This document shows, in pieces, positions 9,515-16,102 of a stretch of DNA of 30,756 nucleotides. The notes under the pieces are model-generated. The model was not told the DNA's origin and did no database searches. It saw only the letters and a program-made list of their open reading frames with translations. The position numbers and the translations under genes are program-made. Origin of the DNA: Breznakia blatticola (GTDB lineage Bacteria > Bacillota_I > Bacilli_A > Erysipelotrichales > Erysipelotrichaceae); contig NZ_SODD01000030.1 in NCBI RefSeq assembly GCF_004365815.1, positions 1-30,756 of the forward strand. Direction: 5' to 3'. Each line of letters starts with the position of its first letter. Within the stretch, counting starts at the first letter, position 1.

Positions 9515-9701
9515 CAGGTAGCGCTAAATGCTTTACACTTACAATTGAATCAATAAATTCCTCTACTTCAATTTCTCCATTTTCTTCATTATATGTTGCT
9601 AAAACTGATGTCTGAAAAATATAGAAAAGCTTATAAACGGTTATACAAGATGTAATAAGTACCATTAAATATTTTTTTATTTAATGGTATGTTATCCTTT
9701 C

Positions 9702-9715
9702 TTTTTTTTTTTTTT
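9702..9715. repeat. T14 (A14 on minus) homopolymer tract
   Basis: Counted directly: 14 consecutive T at 9702-9715. This is the longest homopolymer I saw in the window. Confidence 0.95.
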
Positions 9716-9765
9716 ATGAATGTTATAAAGAGAATAAATAAGTACAATAAAATCTAAAACGGTCC

Positions 9766-9861
9766 CTATGTGAAAAAATTATTATCAACAATATTAAGTA
9801 CTATTATTATTGTTGATGATATAACTAGGAAAATGTCCACAATATAGAATCCCTCCTTCAT
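9766..9861 (-). CDS. Candidate 31-aa hydrophobic mini-protein (MKEGFYIVDIFLVISSTIIIVLNIVDNNFFT)
   Basis: ATG at 9861. Alternatively a GTG at 9840 lies 10 nt after GGAGGG (9851-9856). One predicted TM helix. It is below the 60-aa ORF-track cutoff, has no recognised homology, and lies upstream of the minus-strand terminator at 9465-9514. Confidence 0.25.
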   Translation of the reverse strand: MKEGFYIVDIFLVISSTIIIVLNIVDNNFFT

Positions 9862-10094
9862 TATTTTAGTTACATACGTAAGATATCTACTTCTATTATG
9901 TTATTTTAAAACATAAAAACAAGACTTATATTCAGATACGAATTTTGATATGATTATAGTGTTTGAAATATAAGGTAATCACCAATTGTCTTACGTTTAC
10001 TTTCGTTATACAATAATCAGTAAAGTATATGTATTTGAGTTGTACTGTGTAGTTATCTTTGCGATAATTGAACTAGAAAAAATGGAGGAATATT

Positions 10095-10622
10095 ATGAGT
10101 AAAGGGATTGTACTATACAAGTCAAAATATGGTGCCACAAAGCAATATGCAACTTGGTTAGCAGAAATGACTGGTTTTGATTTAGTAGAAATAAGTAAAG
10201 CAAATATACACGATGTAGAAACATATAACACAATCATACTTTGTGGTGGTGTGTATGCATCATCAATTGCTGGCTTATCGTTTTTGAAAAAGCATGCAAA
10301 GGCATTACATGGTAAAAAAATAGTGATTTTAGCAGTTGGAGCAACTCCATACGAAGAACATGTACTTGATACGATACGAGAACACAATTTAAAGCATGAA
10401 TTAAAAGATCTACCATTATTTTATGCACATGGAGTCTTTGATGAAAATAAGATGTCATTTCGTGATCGAACACTGATTAAGATGTTAAGAAAGTCTTTAA
10501 AGAAAAAAGATCCAAGTACATATACTACATTGGAACAAACCATCATGTCAGTTAATCAACAAGAAGCAAACAATATTCAAAAAGAGTATTTAGCTCCATT
10601 AATTGCTTATCTATCTAAGTAG
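10095..10622 (+). CDS. Flavodoxin-domain protein (HemG/flavodoxin_5-like)
   Basis: 175 aa with GGAGG RBS at 10084-10088. The N-terminus IVLYKSKYGATKQYATWLAE and ...ILCGGVYA are typical of this family. Confidence 0.8.
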   Translation: MSKGIVLYKSKYGATKQYATWLAEMTGFDLVEISKANIHDVETYNTIILCGGVYASSIAGLSFLKKHAKALHGKKIVILAVGATPYEEHVLDTIREHNLKHELKDLPLFYAHGVFDENKMSFRDRTLIKMLRKSLKKKDPSTYTTLEQTIMSVNQQEANNIQKEYLAPLIAYLSK

Positions 10623-10650
10623 GTATTTATATCTACTTTTTTTGATTATT

Positions 10651-10659
10651 TGATATAAT
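10651..10659 (+). promoter_or_regulatory. Extended -10 promoter element directly upstream of xerD
   Basis: TGaTATAAT at 10651-10659. Only 6 nt separate the -10 from the xerD ATG (10666), and no Shine-Dalgarno is present. Confidence 0.45.
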
Positions 10660-10665
10660 ACGTAT

Positions 10666-11559
10666 ATGAAACTACATGAAGCGATTGAAAACTACATTCA
10701 CTATATTAGTGTTATTGATCAAAAGGCACTGACAACAATTGACAACTATAAAAATGATCTTGTACAATATGAGTCATTTATGCACGAACATAATATAGAA
10801 GATGTAGAAACAATCGAGTACAAAGATATTGAAGCGTTTATTCAAAATCAAGCGTTATCAAAAAAGATGAATTCCATAAACCGGATGATTGTATCAATTC
10901 GTAACTTTCATTACTATGTCACATATAATTTTCCAAGTGTTGCAAACCCAGCAATGCATGTAAAACTAAGTAAAAAAGGAAACAAACTACCTTCATTTTT
11001 AAATGAGAATGATTTAGAAATGTTTATAGGTGCATTTAATGATAAAAAAGATGTTGATTTATATCAACATGCGATTATTGAAGTCATGTATGGTTGTGGA
11101 TTGCGCGTAAGCGAGGTTTGTAACTTGCAAATGAATCAATTACACCTTCAACAAGGCATAATTAAAGCTGTAGGGAAGGGAAATAAGGAACGCCTTATTC
11201 CAATCAATCAACATGCAATTGATTGCTTACAGTTGTATTTTGATGGTCCAAGAACATTTTGGAATACAAAGAACCTTCATTATGTGTTTGTTAATCAAAG
11301 AGGGAATCGACTAACAAGACAATATGTTCATTCGATGATCAAAAAGAAACTTACGGAGTTAGAGATGAATAATACAATTTCTGCGCACTCATTTCGACAT
11401 AGTTTTGCAACACACTTATTAAATGGTGGTGCAGATTTGCGTAGTGTCCAGGAACTACTTGGTCATAGTGATATATCGACAACACAAATATATACACACA
11501 TTCAAAGTGATCGTTTAAAACATGAATATTTACAAGCAATGAACAAAAAGAAGAAATAG
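10666..11559 (+). CDS. xerD: Site-specific tyrosine recombinase XerD (XerC/XerD family)
   Basis: 297 aa. Catalytic motifs GLRVSE, HSFRHSFATHLL and LGHSDISTTQIYTH. The last is closer to XerD than to XerC. The XerD versus XerC assignment is tentative. Confidence 0.85.
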   Translation: MKLHEAIENYIHYISVIDQKALTTIDNYKNDLVQYESFMHEHNIEDVETIEYKDIEAFIQNQALSKKMNSINRMIVSIRNFHYYVTYNFPSVANPAMHVKLSKKGNKLPSFLNENDLEMFIGAFNDKKDVDLYQHAIIEVMYGCGLRVSEVCNLQMNQLHLQQGIIKAVGKGNKERLIPINQHAIDCLQLYFDGPRTFWNTKNLHYVFVNQRGNRLTRQYVHSMIKKKLTELEMNNTISAHSFRHSFATHLLNGGADLRSVQELLGHSDISTTQIYTHIQSDRLKHEYLQAMNKKKK

Positions 11560-11588
11560 TTAACTTTATCTAACTACATCTTCTTTTT
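11549..11588 (+). terminator. Terminator-like hairpin after xerD
   Basis: AGAAGA (11549-11554) pairs with TCTTCT (11579-11584), with an inner TAGTTA/TAACTA helix, then T5. It includes the xerD stop. Confidence 0.55.
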
Positions 11589-11593
11589 ATATT

Positions 11594-11649
11594 ATTAATA
11601 AACACAATTTGCATTGTTTATTGTATTAATAAACGATATATGATAATGT
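11594..11649 (+). promoter_or_regulatory. Promoter plus operator-like repeats upstream of the DUF2087 regulator gene
   Basis: 10-bp direct repeat ATTAATAAAC at 11594-11603 and 11625-11634. Imperfect inverted repeat AATAAACACAAT / ATTGTTTATT (11597-11622). TTGTAT (11621-11626), 17 nt, TGaTAATGT (11641-11649). Confidence 0.45.
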
Positions 11650-11671
11650 TTATATAAAGGATGTGATATAT

Positions 11672-12421
11672 ATGAAGAAAATTGAAGAATTACGTTTAGA
11701 TGAATTAAAATGTGGTTATACAGTACATGATGATGTTTATGCATGTATTTTTTGTGATCAAAAATATGAAACTGGACACATTTATACATGTAAAGATGAA
11801 CTATTAGATGCACATGCAGCTATGAAGCACCATATTTGTGAGGTTCATGGTGGTACTTTACAAGAGTTATTTTCACTTGATAAAAAACAAACGATGCTAA
11901 GTGATGTGCAAAAACGGATGCTTTCATATTTTGCGGATAATAAAAGTGATAAAGAGATTGCCAAGATTACACATACATCATTATCTACGGTTCGACAACA
12001 GCGTTACCAATTAAAAGAAAAAGCAAAGCAAGCTAAGGTGTTTCTTGCAATGTACGAGCTCTCAGAGCAATCGAGTTCCTTTGAAGCGTACATTCCTATA
12101 CATCAAAGCGCGACAATGGTCGATGATCGATATTTAATGACGCTAAAAGAAGAACAAGAGTTCATTGATCGATATTTTAGTAGTACAAGTCCATTGCAAC
12201 TAAAAATGCTACCAGCAAAGCAAAAAGCAAAGTTAGCAGTATTACGTATGATAGCTAAACAATTTGCTGAGAATAAAGAATATACAGAAATGGAAGTTAA
12301 TGAAATACTAAAAGCAATCTACGATGATTTTGTTACGATACGTAGGTACATGATTGAATATGGTTTCTTAAAACGTACAAACGATGGAATTCGATACTGG
12401 AAACCAGAAACTGTACAATAA
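11672..12421 (+). CDS. DUF2087-domain putative transcriptional regulator with N-terminal Cys/His cluster and central HTH
   Basis: Start at ATG 11672 (AAAGGA upstream). The C-terminus LPAKQKAKLAVLRMIAKQF...YTEMEVNEIL...RRYMIEYGFLKR...YW matches my memory of DUF2087. The middle segment SDKEIAKITHTSLSTVRQQRYQLKEKA looks like an HTH. The N-terminus carries CIFCDQ...C...H..H. Confidence 0.8.
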   Translation: MKKIEELRLDELKCGYTVHDDVYACIFCDQKYETGHIYTCKDELLDAHAAMKHHICEVHGGTLQELFSLDKKQTMLSDVQKRMLSYFADNKSDKEIAKITHTSLSTVRQQRYQLKEKAKQAKVFLAMYELSEQSSSFEAYIPIHQSATMVDDRYLMTLKEEQEFIDRYFSSTSPLQLKMLPAKQKAKLAVLRMIAKQFAENKEYTEMEVNEILKAIYDDFVTIRRYMIEYGFLKRTNDGIRYWKPETVQ

Positions 12422-12442
12422 CCCTATAATTCATACATCTAA

Positions 12443-12470
12443 ATATTACATAATACACATTATGCGAAGT
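12443..12470 (-). other. dif: dif site (XerC/XerD chromosome dimer resolution site)
   Basis: The minus strand reads ACTTCGCATAA-TGTGTA-TTATGTAATAT. Compare E. coli dif GGTGCGCATAA-TGTATA-TTATGTTAAAT and B. subtilis dif ACTTCCTAGAA-TATATA-TTATGTAAACT. It lies exactly at the +/- gene-orientation switch and 0.9 kb from xerD. Confidence 0.7.
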
Positions 12471-12503
12471 AAAGCATTCATAATATGTGTTATGAAGGTA
12501 AGT

Positions 12504-12542
12504 AAACCCCCACTACTTATAATAAATGTAGTGAGGGTTTTT
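12504..12542. terminator. Terminator between convergent transcription units
   Basis: AAACCCCCACTAC (12504-12516) pairs with GTAGTGAGGGTTT (12528-12540), 13 positions with 1 mismatch. T5 follows on +. The U-tract on - is weaker. Confidence 0.8.
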
Positions 12543-12549
12543 ATTTATA

Positions 12550-12777
12550 TTATTTAGATTTTTCTGTCTTGTTTGCTTCTCTATGTTCTTTTCTGGCATT
12601 AATATAGATTTCAATAACTGTAATTGTTAGAAGTAATCCCAAGAACTCTGAAGCTAAATTCATACAAAAGTCATGCAAATTGAAGTTAGGATTATCAAAT
12701 ACCCCAATTGCGAATGTCACAGAAAATATAATAACAATGATAATGTATGAAATGAGTAGTTTTTTATTCTTAAACAT
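12550..12777 (-). CDS. Small membrane protein, 2 predicted TM helices (75 aa), unknown function
   Basis: GGGGGA RBS just upstream. Hydrophobic segments LLISYIIIVIIFSVTFAIGVF and FLGLLLTITVIEIYI, with a basic C-terminal tail. It is the last gene of a 4-gene minus-strand cluster. Confidence 0.6.
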   Translation of the reverse strand: MFKNKKLLISYIIIVIIFSVTFAIGVFDNPNFNLHDFCMNLASEFLGLLLTITVIEIYINARKEHREANKTEKSK

Positions 12778-12794
12778 AAATCCCCCTAAGTCGT

Positions 12795-13088
12795 CTATCG
12801 ATGCTGTAAAGTAACTTCTACTTGATCACCAATCGATTTGCCTATTTGATTTCGAATCGCTTTCGTGATTCCTAAGATGTAACAAATATCACCATTTTCT
12901 TTTTTTAATCCCATGTTAACGATACTTCCATCGTATGGAACTCCATCAAAGGTTGCATGTACTGGTAAGCGTCCTTTTTGAAATTCTTTCTTTATATCAA
13001 AAGGAACTTCAATATATGCGCCTCCCTTACCTATTGTGGCTTCTTTTATAATTGTTTTAAATGTATATGGAAATGTGATGTTGTTCAT
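12795..13088 (-). CDS. DUF1905-domain protein
   Basis: Start at ATG 13088 (GAAAGGA 7 nt upstream), not at the ORF-track start 13193. The pattern YTFKT...GKGGAYIEVPFDI...GRLPVHATFDG.PYDGS...IRNQIGKSIGDQVEV fits DUF1905. Confidence 0.8.
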   Translation of the reverse strand: MNNITFPYTFKTIIKEATIGKGGAYIEVPFDIKKEFQKGRLPVHATFDGVPYDGSIVNMGLKKENGDICYILGITKAIRNQIGKSIGDQVEVTLQHR

Positions 13089-13093
13089 TGTAA

Positions 13094-13624
13094 TTATCCT
13101 TTCAAGGCAAGTTTTAGTTTTTTTATTGCCCATGTGTAATGTGCACAAGTTGCTGATATACAATAACTTGCAATATTTGATGATCCAACCCAAGGATACA
13201 TCGCTTTGGTGAATAGTACTTCTTCAGATAGTGATTCAATGACATCAATTACAGCCTTGTGTGAAGCTAACAACATACTTTTCGCGTCATTTAAGCTTGT
13301 TTGTTGGTGTTTTTTCCAAAACTCGACATTCATATCAGCATAGTTGTTCCATTTGTATGGTGCTGGTAAAAACGGTGTATTTTCACCATCATCCATGTTT
13401 CGTTTTAACCAGTGTAAGAGAAGTTGTTGCCACTCATATACATGGATAAGAACATCGCGTAAATTCTTGTCACGTGCCCAGTGTGCTTCTTTCTTACCAG
13501 TTATATCATACGTGAAGTTTGCTTCTTGTTGTGTAGGAGTCATACTATTGATAATCTCTCCTAGTTTGTGAAATTCTGTGGTTGCTTGATCAAGCAATTC
13601 TTTTTTTGTCTTTGGTCTAGCCAT
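13094..13624 (-). CDS. ClbS/DfsB-family four-helix-bundle protein (DUF1706)
   Basis: 176 aa with AGGGGA RBS. PKTKKELLDQATTEFHKL...MTP... and ...LLLHWLKRN...FLPAPYKWN...WKK... align by eye with E. coli ClbS (SKEELIKAINSNF...; LVLHWH...FPEEGFKWNELG). Confidence 0.8.
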   Translation of the reverse strand: MARPKTKKELLDQATTEFHKLGEIINSMTPTQQEANFTYDITGKKEAHWARDKNLRDVLIHVYEWQQLLLHWLKRNMDDGENTPFLPAPYKWNNYADMNVEFWKKHQQTSLNDAKSMLLASHKAVIDVIESLSEEVLFTKAMYPWVGSSNIASYCISATCAHYTWAIKKLKLALKG

Positions 13625-13636
13625 TGTAGTATCCCC

Positions 13637-13918
13637 TTATTTAATATTTTGTGCTTTATTTTTTTGTTGTAAGTAGATAATGATATATGCAACAAATAAA
13701 CATAGATTAATGAAAATAGCTGGCACAGTTGTAATTGCATTCAATTCTGTTAAATCAGCTAGATAGCCATATATGATTCCACTTGCTCCAGAAACAATCA
13801 TAATCATAAGTGTAGATCCCAAACCTAAAAGTGTTTTCGCTCTAAGCAGATTCATCACCATTAATAATATAGTAGCAATGCTTAGTGCATTACAAAAGAA
13901 ATCCAATGTATTGTTCAT
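13637..13918 (-). CDS. Small membrane protein, 3 predicted TM helices (93 aa), unknown function
   Basis: GGAGG RBS at 13926-13930. Three hydrophobic segments and a basic C-terminus. It is the first gene of the 4-gene cluster, with a 12-nt gap to the ClbS-like gene. Confidence 0.6.
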   Translation of the reverse strand: MNNTLDFFCNALSIATILLMVMNLLRAKTLLGLGSTLMIMIVSGASGIIYGYLADLTELNAITTVPAIFINLCLFVAYIIIYLQQKNKAQNIK

Positions 13919-13935
13919 AATTATCCTCCAAATTG

Positions 13936-13959
13936 AAAAAAAGAAGCACAGTGGCTCCT
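13936..13959 (-). terminator. Weak terminator after hup (read-through plausible)
   Basis: On the minus strand, AGGAGC-cactgt-GCTTCT (6 bp with one G.U) is followed by T7. The next RBS follows immediately. Confidence 0.4.
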
Positions 13960-13971
13960 TTTTGATCTAAA

Positions 13972-14253
13972 TTACTTAACTGCTTCTTTTAATGCTTTAG
14001 AAGCTTTGAATTTAGGTGCTTTTGATGCAGCGATTGTTAATTTTTCACCAGTTGCAGGGTTTACACCTTGACGTGCAGCTCTTTCAACTACTTCAAATTT
14101 TCCAAATCCTGAAATATCAACTTTACCACCATCTGCAAGAGTTTTAGTAACTTCTGCGAATACTGTTTCAACTGCTGTAGTAGCGTCTTTCTTTGTAATT
14201 CCAATAGTTTCTGCTAACGTTTCAGCTAATGCTTTCTTGTTTAATGTTTCCAT
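13972..14253 (-). CDS. hup: DNA-binding protein HU
   Basis: 93 aa with GGAGG RBS. GFGKFEVVERAARQGVNPATGE...KAPKFKASKALKEAV is the canonical HU/IHF fold signature. Confidence 0.95.
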   Translation of the reverse strand: METLNKKALAETLAETIGITKKDATTAVETVFAEVTKTLADGGKVDISGFGKFEVVERAARQGVNPATGEKLTIAASKAPKFKASKALKEAVK

Positions 14254-14280
14254 ATCTTATACCTCCGAACATCTAGGTTA

Positions 14281-14309
14281 ATTATAGTCTATCTAAAAAA
14301 ATATAACAA
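14281..14309 (-). promoter_or_regulatory. Candidate sigma-A promoter of hup
   Basis: On the minus strand, TTGTTA (14309-14304), 17 nt, TATAAT (14286-14281). Confidence 0.6.
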
Positions 14310-14349
14310 GGAAAACACATTACGAAAGTGCTAAAAAATACGATAAATA

Positions 14350-15069
14350 CTACTTTTTATCAATAATTTGCAAGATTACGTGCCCTGCGAGCATAATTCC
14401 AGCGATATTTGGCATAAATGCCACGCTTCCAGGCACGTTTCGCTTGGTGATATTTGGGTTATCTTCCCAAGGAATCATTGGTTTTATTGGTTGTTCTGTA
14501 GACCAAAGAACCTCAACTTTTTTGATATGTCTAGCTTTTAATTCTCTACGTAATACCTTAGCTACAGGATCATAACTCGTCTTTGAAATATCACCAATTT
14601 GTAGTTTTGTAGGGTCCAGCTTATTTCCAGTTCCCATGGAACAAATAATTGGTATTTGTATTTCTTTTGCTTTTTCGATAAGTAAAATCTTAGCTACCAT
14701 CGTATCAATACAGTCAATAATGTAATCCACTCCAACTAAATCGATTTCATTAATTGTATCCTTTAATACAAACGTTTCATATGTATGAATTATGGCATCA
14801 GGATTGATATCAAGTAAACGTTTTTTCATTACTTCTACTTTGCTTTGACCAATGGTAGAGTGTAAAGCGACAATTTGACGGTTAAGATTACTTAACGACA
14901 CGGTATCATTATCGATAATACTAACTTCTTTTACACCAGAGCGAACTAATGTCTCAATACAATGTCCCCCTACTCCACCAACGCCAAAAACAGCCACATG
15001 GCTGTTTTGTAAGGTTTTGATTCCGTTTTCTGTTAGTAGCATTTCGCTACGAATAAATTGATTTTCCAT
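14350..15069 (-). CDS. tcdA: tRNA threonylcarbamoyladenosine dehydratase (ThiF/MoeB-like)
   Basis: GVGGVGG Rossmann motif, DNDTVSLSNLNRQ and C.D. I prefer ATG 15069, 5 nt after the gpsA stop. The ORF-track start 15093 is a GTG and would overlap gpsA by 20 nt. Neither candidate has a clear SD. Confidence 0.85.
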   Translation of the reverse strand: MENQFIRSEMLLTENGIKTLQNSHVAVFGVGGVGGHCIETLVRSGVKEVSIIDNDTVSLSNLNRQIVALHSTIGQSKVEVMKKRLLDINPDAIIHTYETFVLKDTINEIDLVGVDYIIDCIDTMVAKILLIEKAKEIQIPIICSMGTGNKLDPTKLQIGDISKTSYDPVAKVLRRELKARHIKKVEVLWSTEQPIKPMIPWEDNPNITKRNVPGSVAFMPNIAGIMLAGHVILQIIDKK

Positions 15070-15073
15070 AACG

Positions 15074-16066
15074 TTATTCTGATTTAAGTTCACGTAACAT
15101 TAAGTCTTTTGCACTTTGTTTTGGCTCTTTACCTTCATATAGTACCTTATAGACTTCTTCAATAATTGGCATATCGATATTCTTGGCTTTAGCAAGTTCA
15201 TGTACAACTTTTGCTGTACGAACACCCTCTACGGTTTTTTTGTTTGTATCCCAGTAGATTTGTGCATCATTGGCTTTACCGATTTCATATCCTGCTTGGA
15301 AGTTACGAGAGTGTCTACTAGTTGCAGTAACAATTAAGTCACCAATTCCAGTTAGTCCCATAAAGGTTTCTTTCTTACCACCATATGCACTACCAAAGCG
15401 CATAACTTCAGCAATACCACGCGTGATTAGTGCTGCACGTGTGTTATCTCCATAACCTATTCCAGCTAAGATTCCACTTGCAACAGCAATTGCATTTTTC
15501 AAGGCAACACCTAATTCAGCACCAATTTCATCATTTCCTGTATATACACGGAAATAGTCATTTGAGAATACACGTTGTATCGTTTTCGCATCTTCTTCAT
15601 TTTGTGAGACTGCAGTGATTGTTGTTAGTAAACGTTCAACTACTTCCTCTGCATGACTAGGTCCAATTAAGGATACAACACTGCTTAATTTATCAGCTGG
15701 TACACTTGCACGAATCACATCGCTCATTCGTGCATTTGTATCAGGATGGAATCCTTTAGAAGTATTCACAAAGATTGCTTTCTTATCTAAGTATGGTGCA
15801 ACTTGCTCACAAACACTTTGAATTGCAATTGTTGGCACACTAAGTAAAACAATATCACTTCCTGTAACTGTAGCTAAATCTGTTGTCGCTTTAATTGCTG
15901 GGTTTAATTTTACCCCAGGAAAAAATGTTGAGTTAAGATGATTGTTTGCTATATCATCAATTTGACTTTCGTCGATTCCCCATATTGTGACATCTACATT
16001 GTTGTCTGCTAGCACTTGTGCTAATCCAGTTCCCCATGAACCACTTCCAATAATTGTTACTTTCAT
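15074..16066 (-). CDS. gpsA: NAD(P)H-dependent glycerol-3-phosphate dehydrogenase
   Basis: 330 aa with GGAGGA RBS. N-terminal IIGSGSWGT dinucleotide fold, NTSKG and GIGDLIVT motifs. It lies downstream of der, as in Bacillus. Confidence 0.95.
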   Translation of the reverse strand: MKVTIIGSGSWGTGLAQVLADNNVDVTIWGIDESQIDDIANNHLNSTFFPGVKLNPAIKATTDLATVTGSDIVLLSVPTIAIQSVCEQVAPYLDKKAIFVNTSKGFHPDTNARMSDVIRASVPADKLSSVVSLIGPSHAEEVVERLLTTITAVSQNEEDAKTIQRVFSNDYFRVYTGNDEIGAELGVALKNAIAVASGILAGIGYGDNTRAALITRGIAEVMRFGSAYGGKKETFMGLTGIGDLIVTATSRHSRNFQAGYEIGKANDAQIYWDTNKKTVEGVRTAKVVHELAKAKNIDMPIIEEVYKVLYEGKEPKQSAKDLMLRELKSE

Positions 16067-16102
16067 TATTCCTCCATGAATGATTTACAAGCTCTTAAGA
16101 TT

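Noticed and set aside
9310-9556. ORF-track entries 9371-9556 (+, 61 aa, GTG start) and 9310-9492 (-, 60 aa).
   Set aside because: Both run through or start inside the 11-bp terminator stem. Neither has an RBS. I treat them as chance frames, although the region itself is flagged for other reasons.
9891-9916. dif-like string ACTTCTATTATGTTATTTTAAAAC in the 9.2-10.1 kb gap.
   Set aside because: It does not fit the 11-6-11 architecture, because the arms collapse without a spacer. The match at 12443-12470 is far better.
13089-13193. N-terminal extension of the DUF1905 ORF (track start 13193), overlapping the ClbS-like gene by 100 nt.
   Set aside because: The internal ATG at 13088 has a GAAAGGA RBS and begins at the start of the recognisable domain. 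The extension is a Cys/Leu-rich out-of-frame overlap of the upstream gene.
13637-13918. SemiSWEET sugar transporter call for the 93-aa 3-TM protein. Its size, topology and the IIYGYL segment resemble SemiSWEETs.
   Set aside because: There is no PQ-loop motif in TM1 and I cannot verify homology by eye. It is left as a membrane protein of unknown function.
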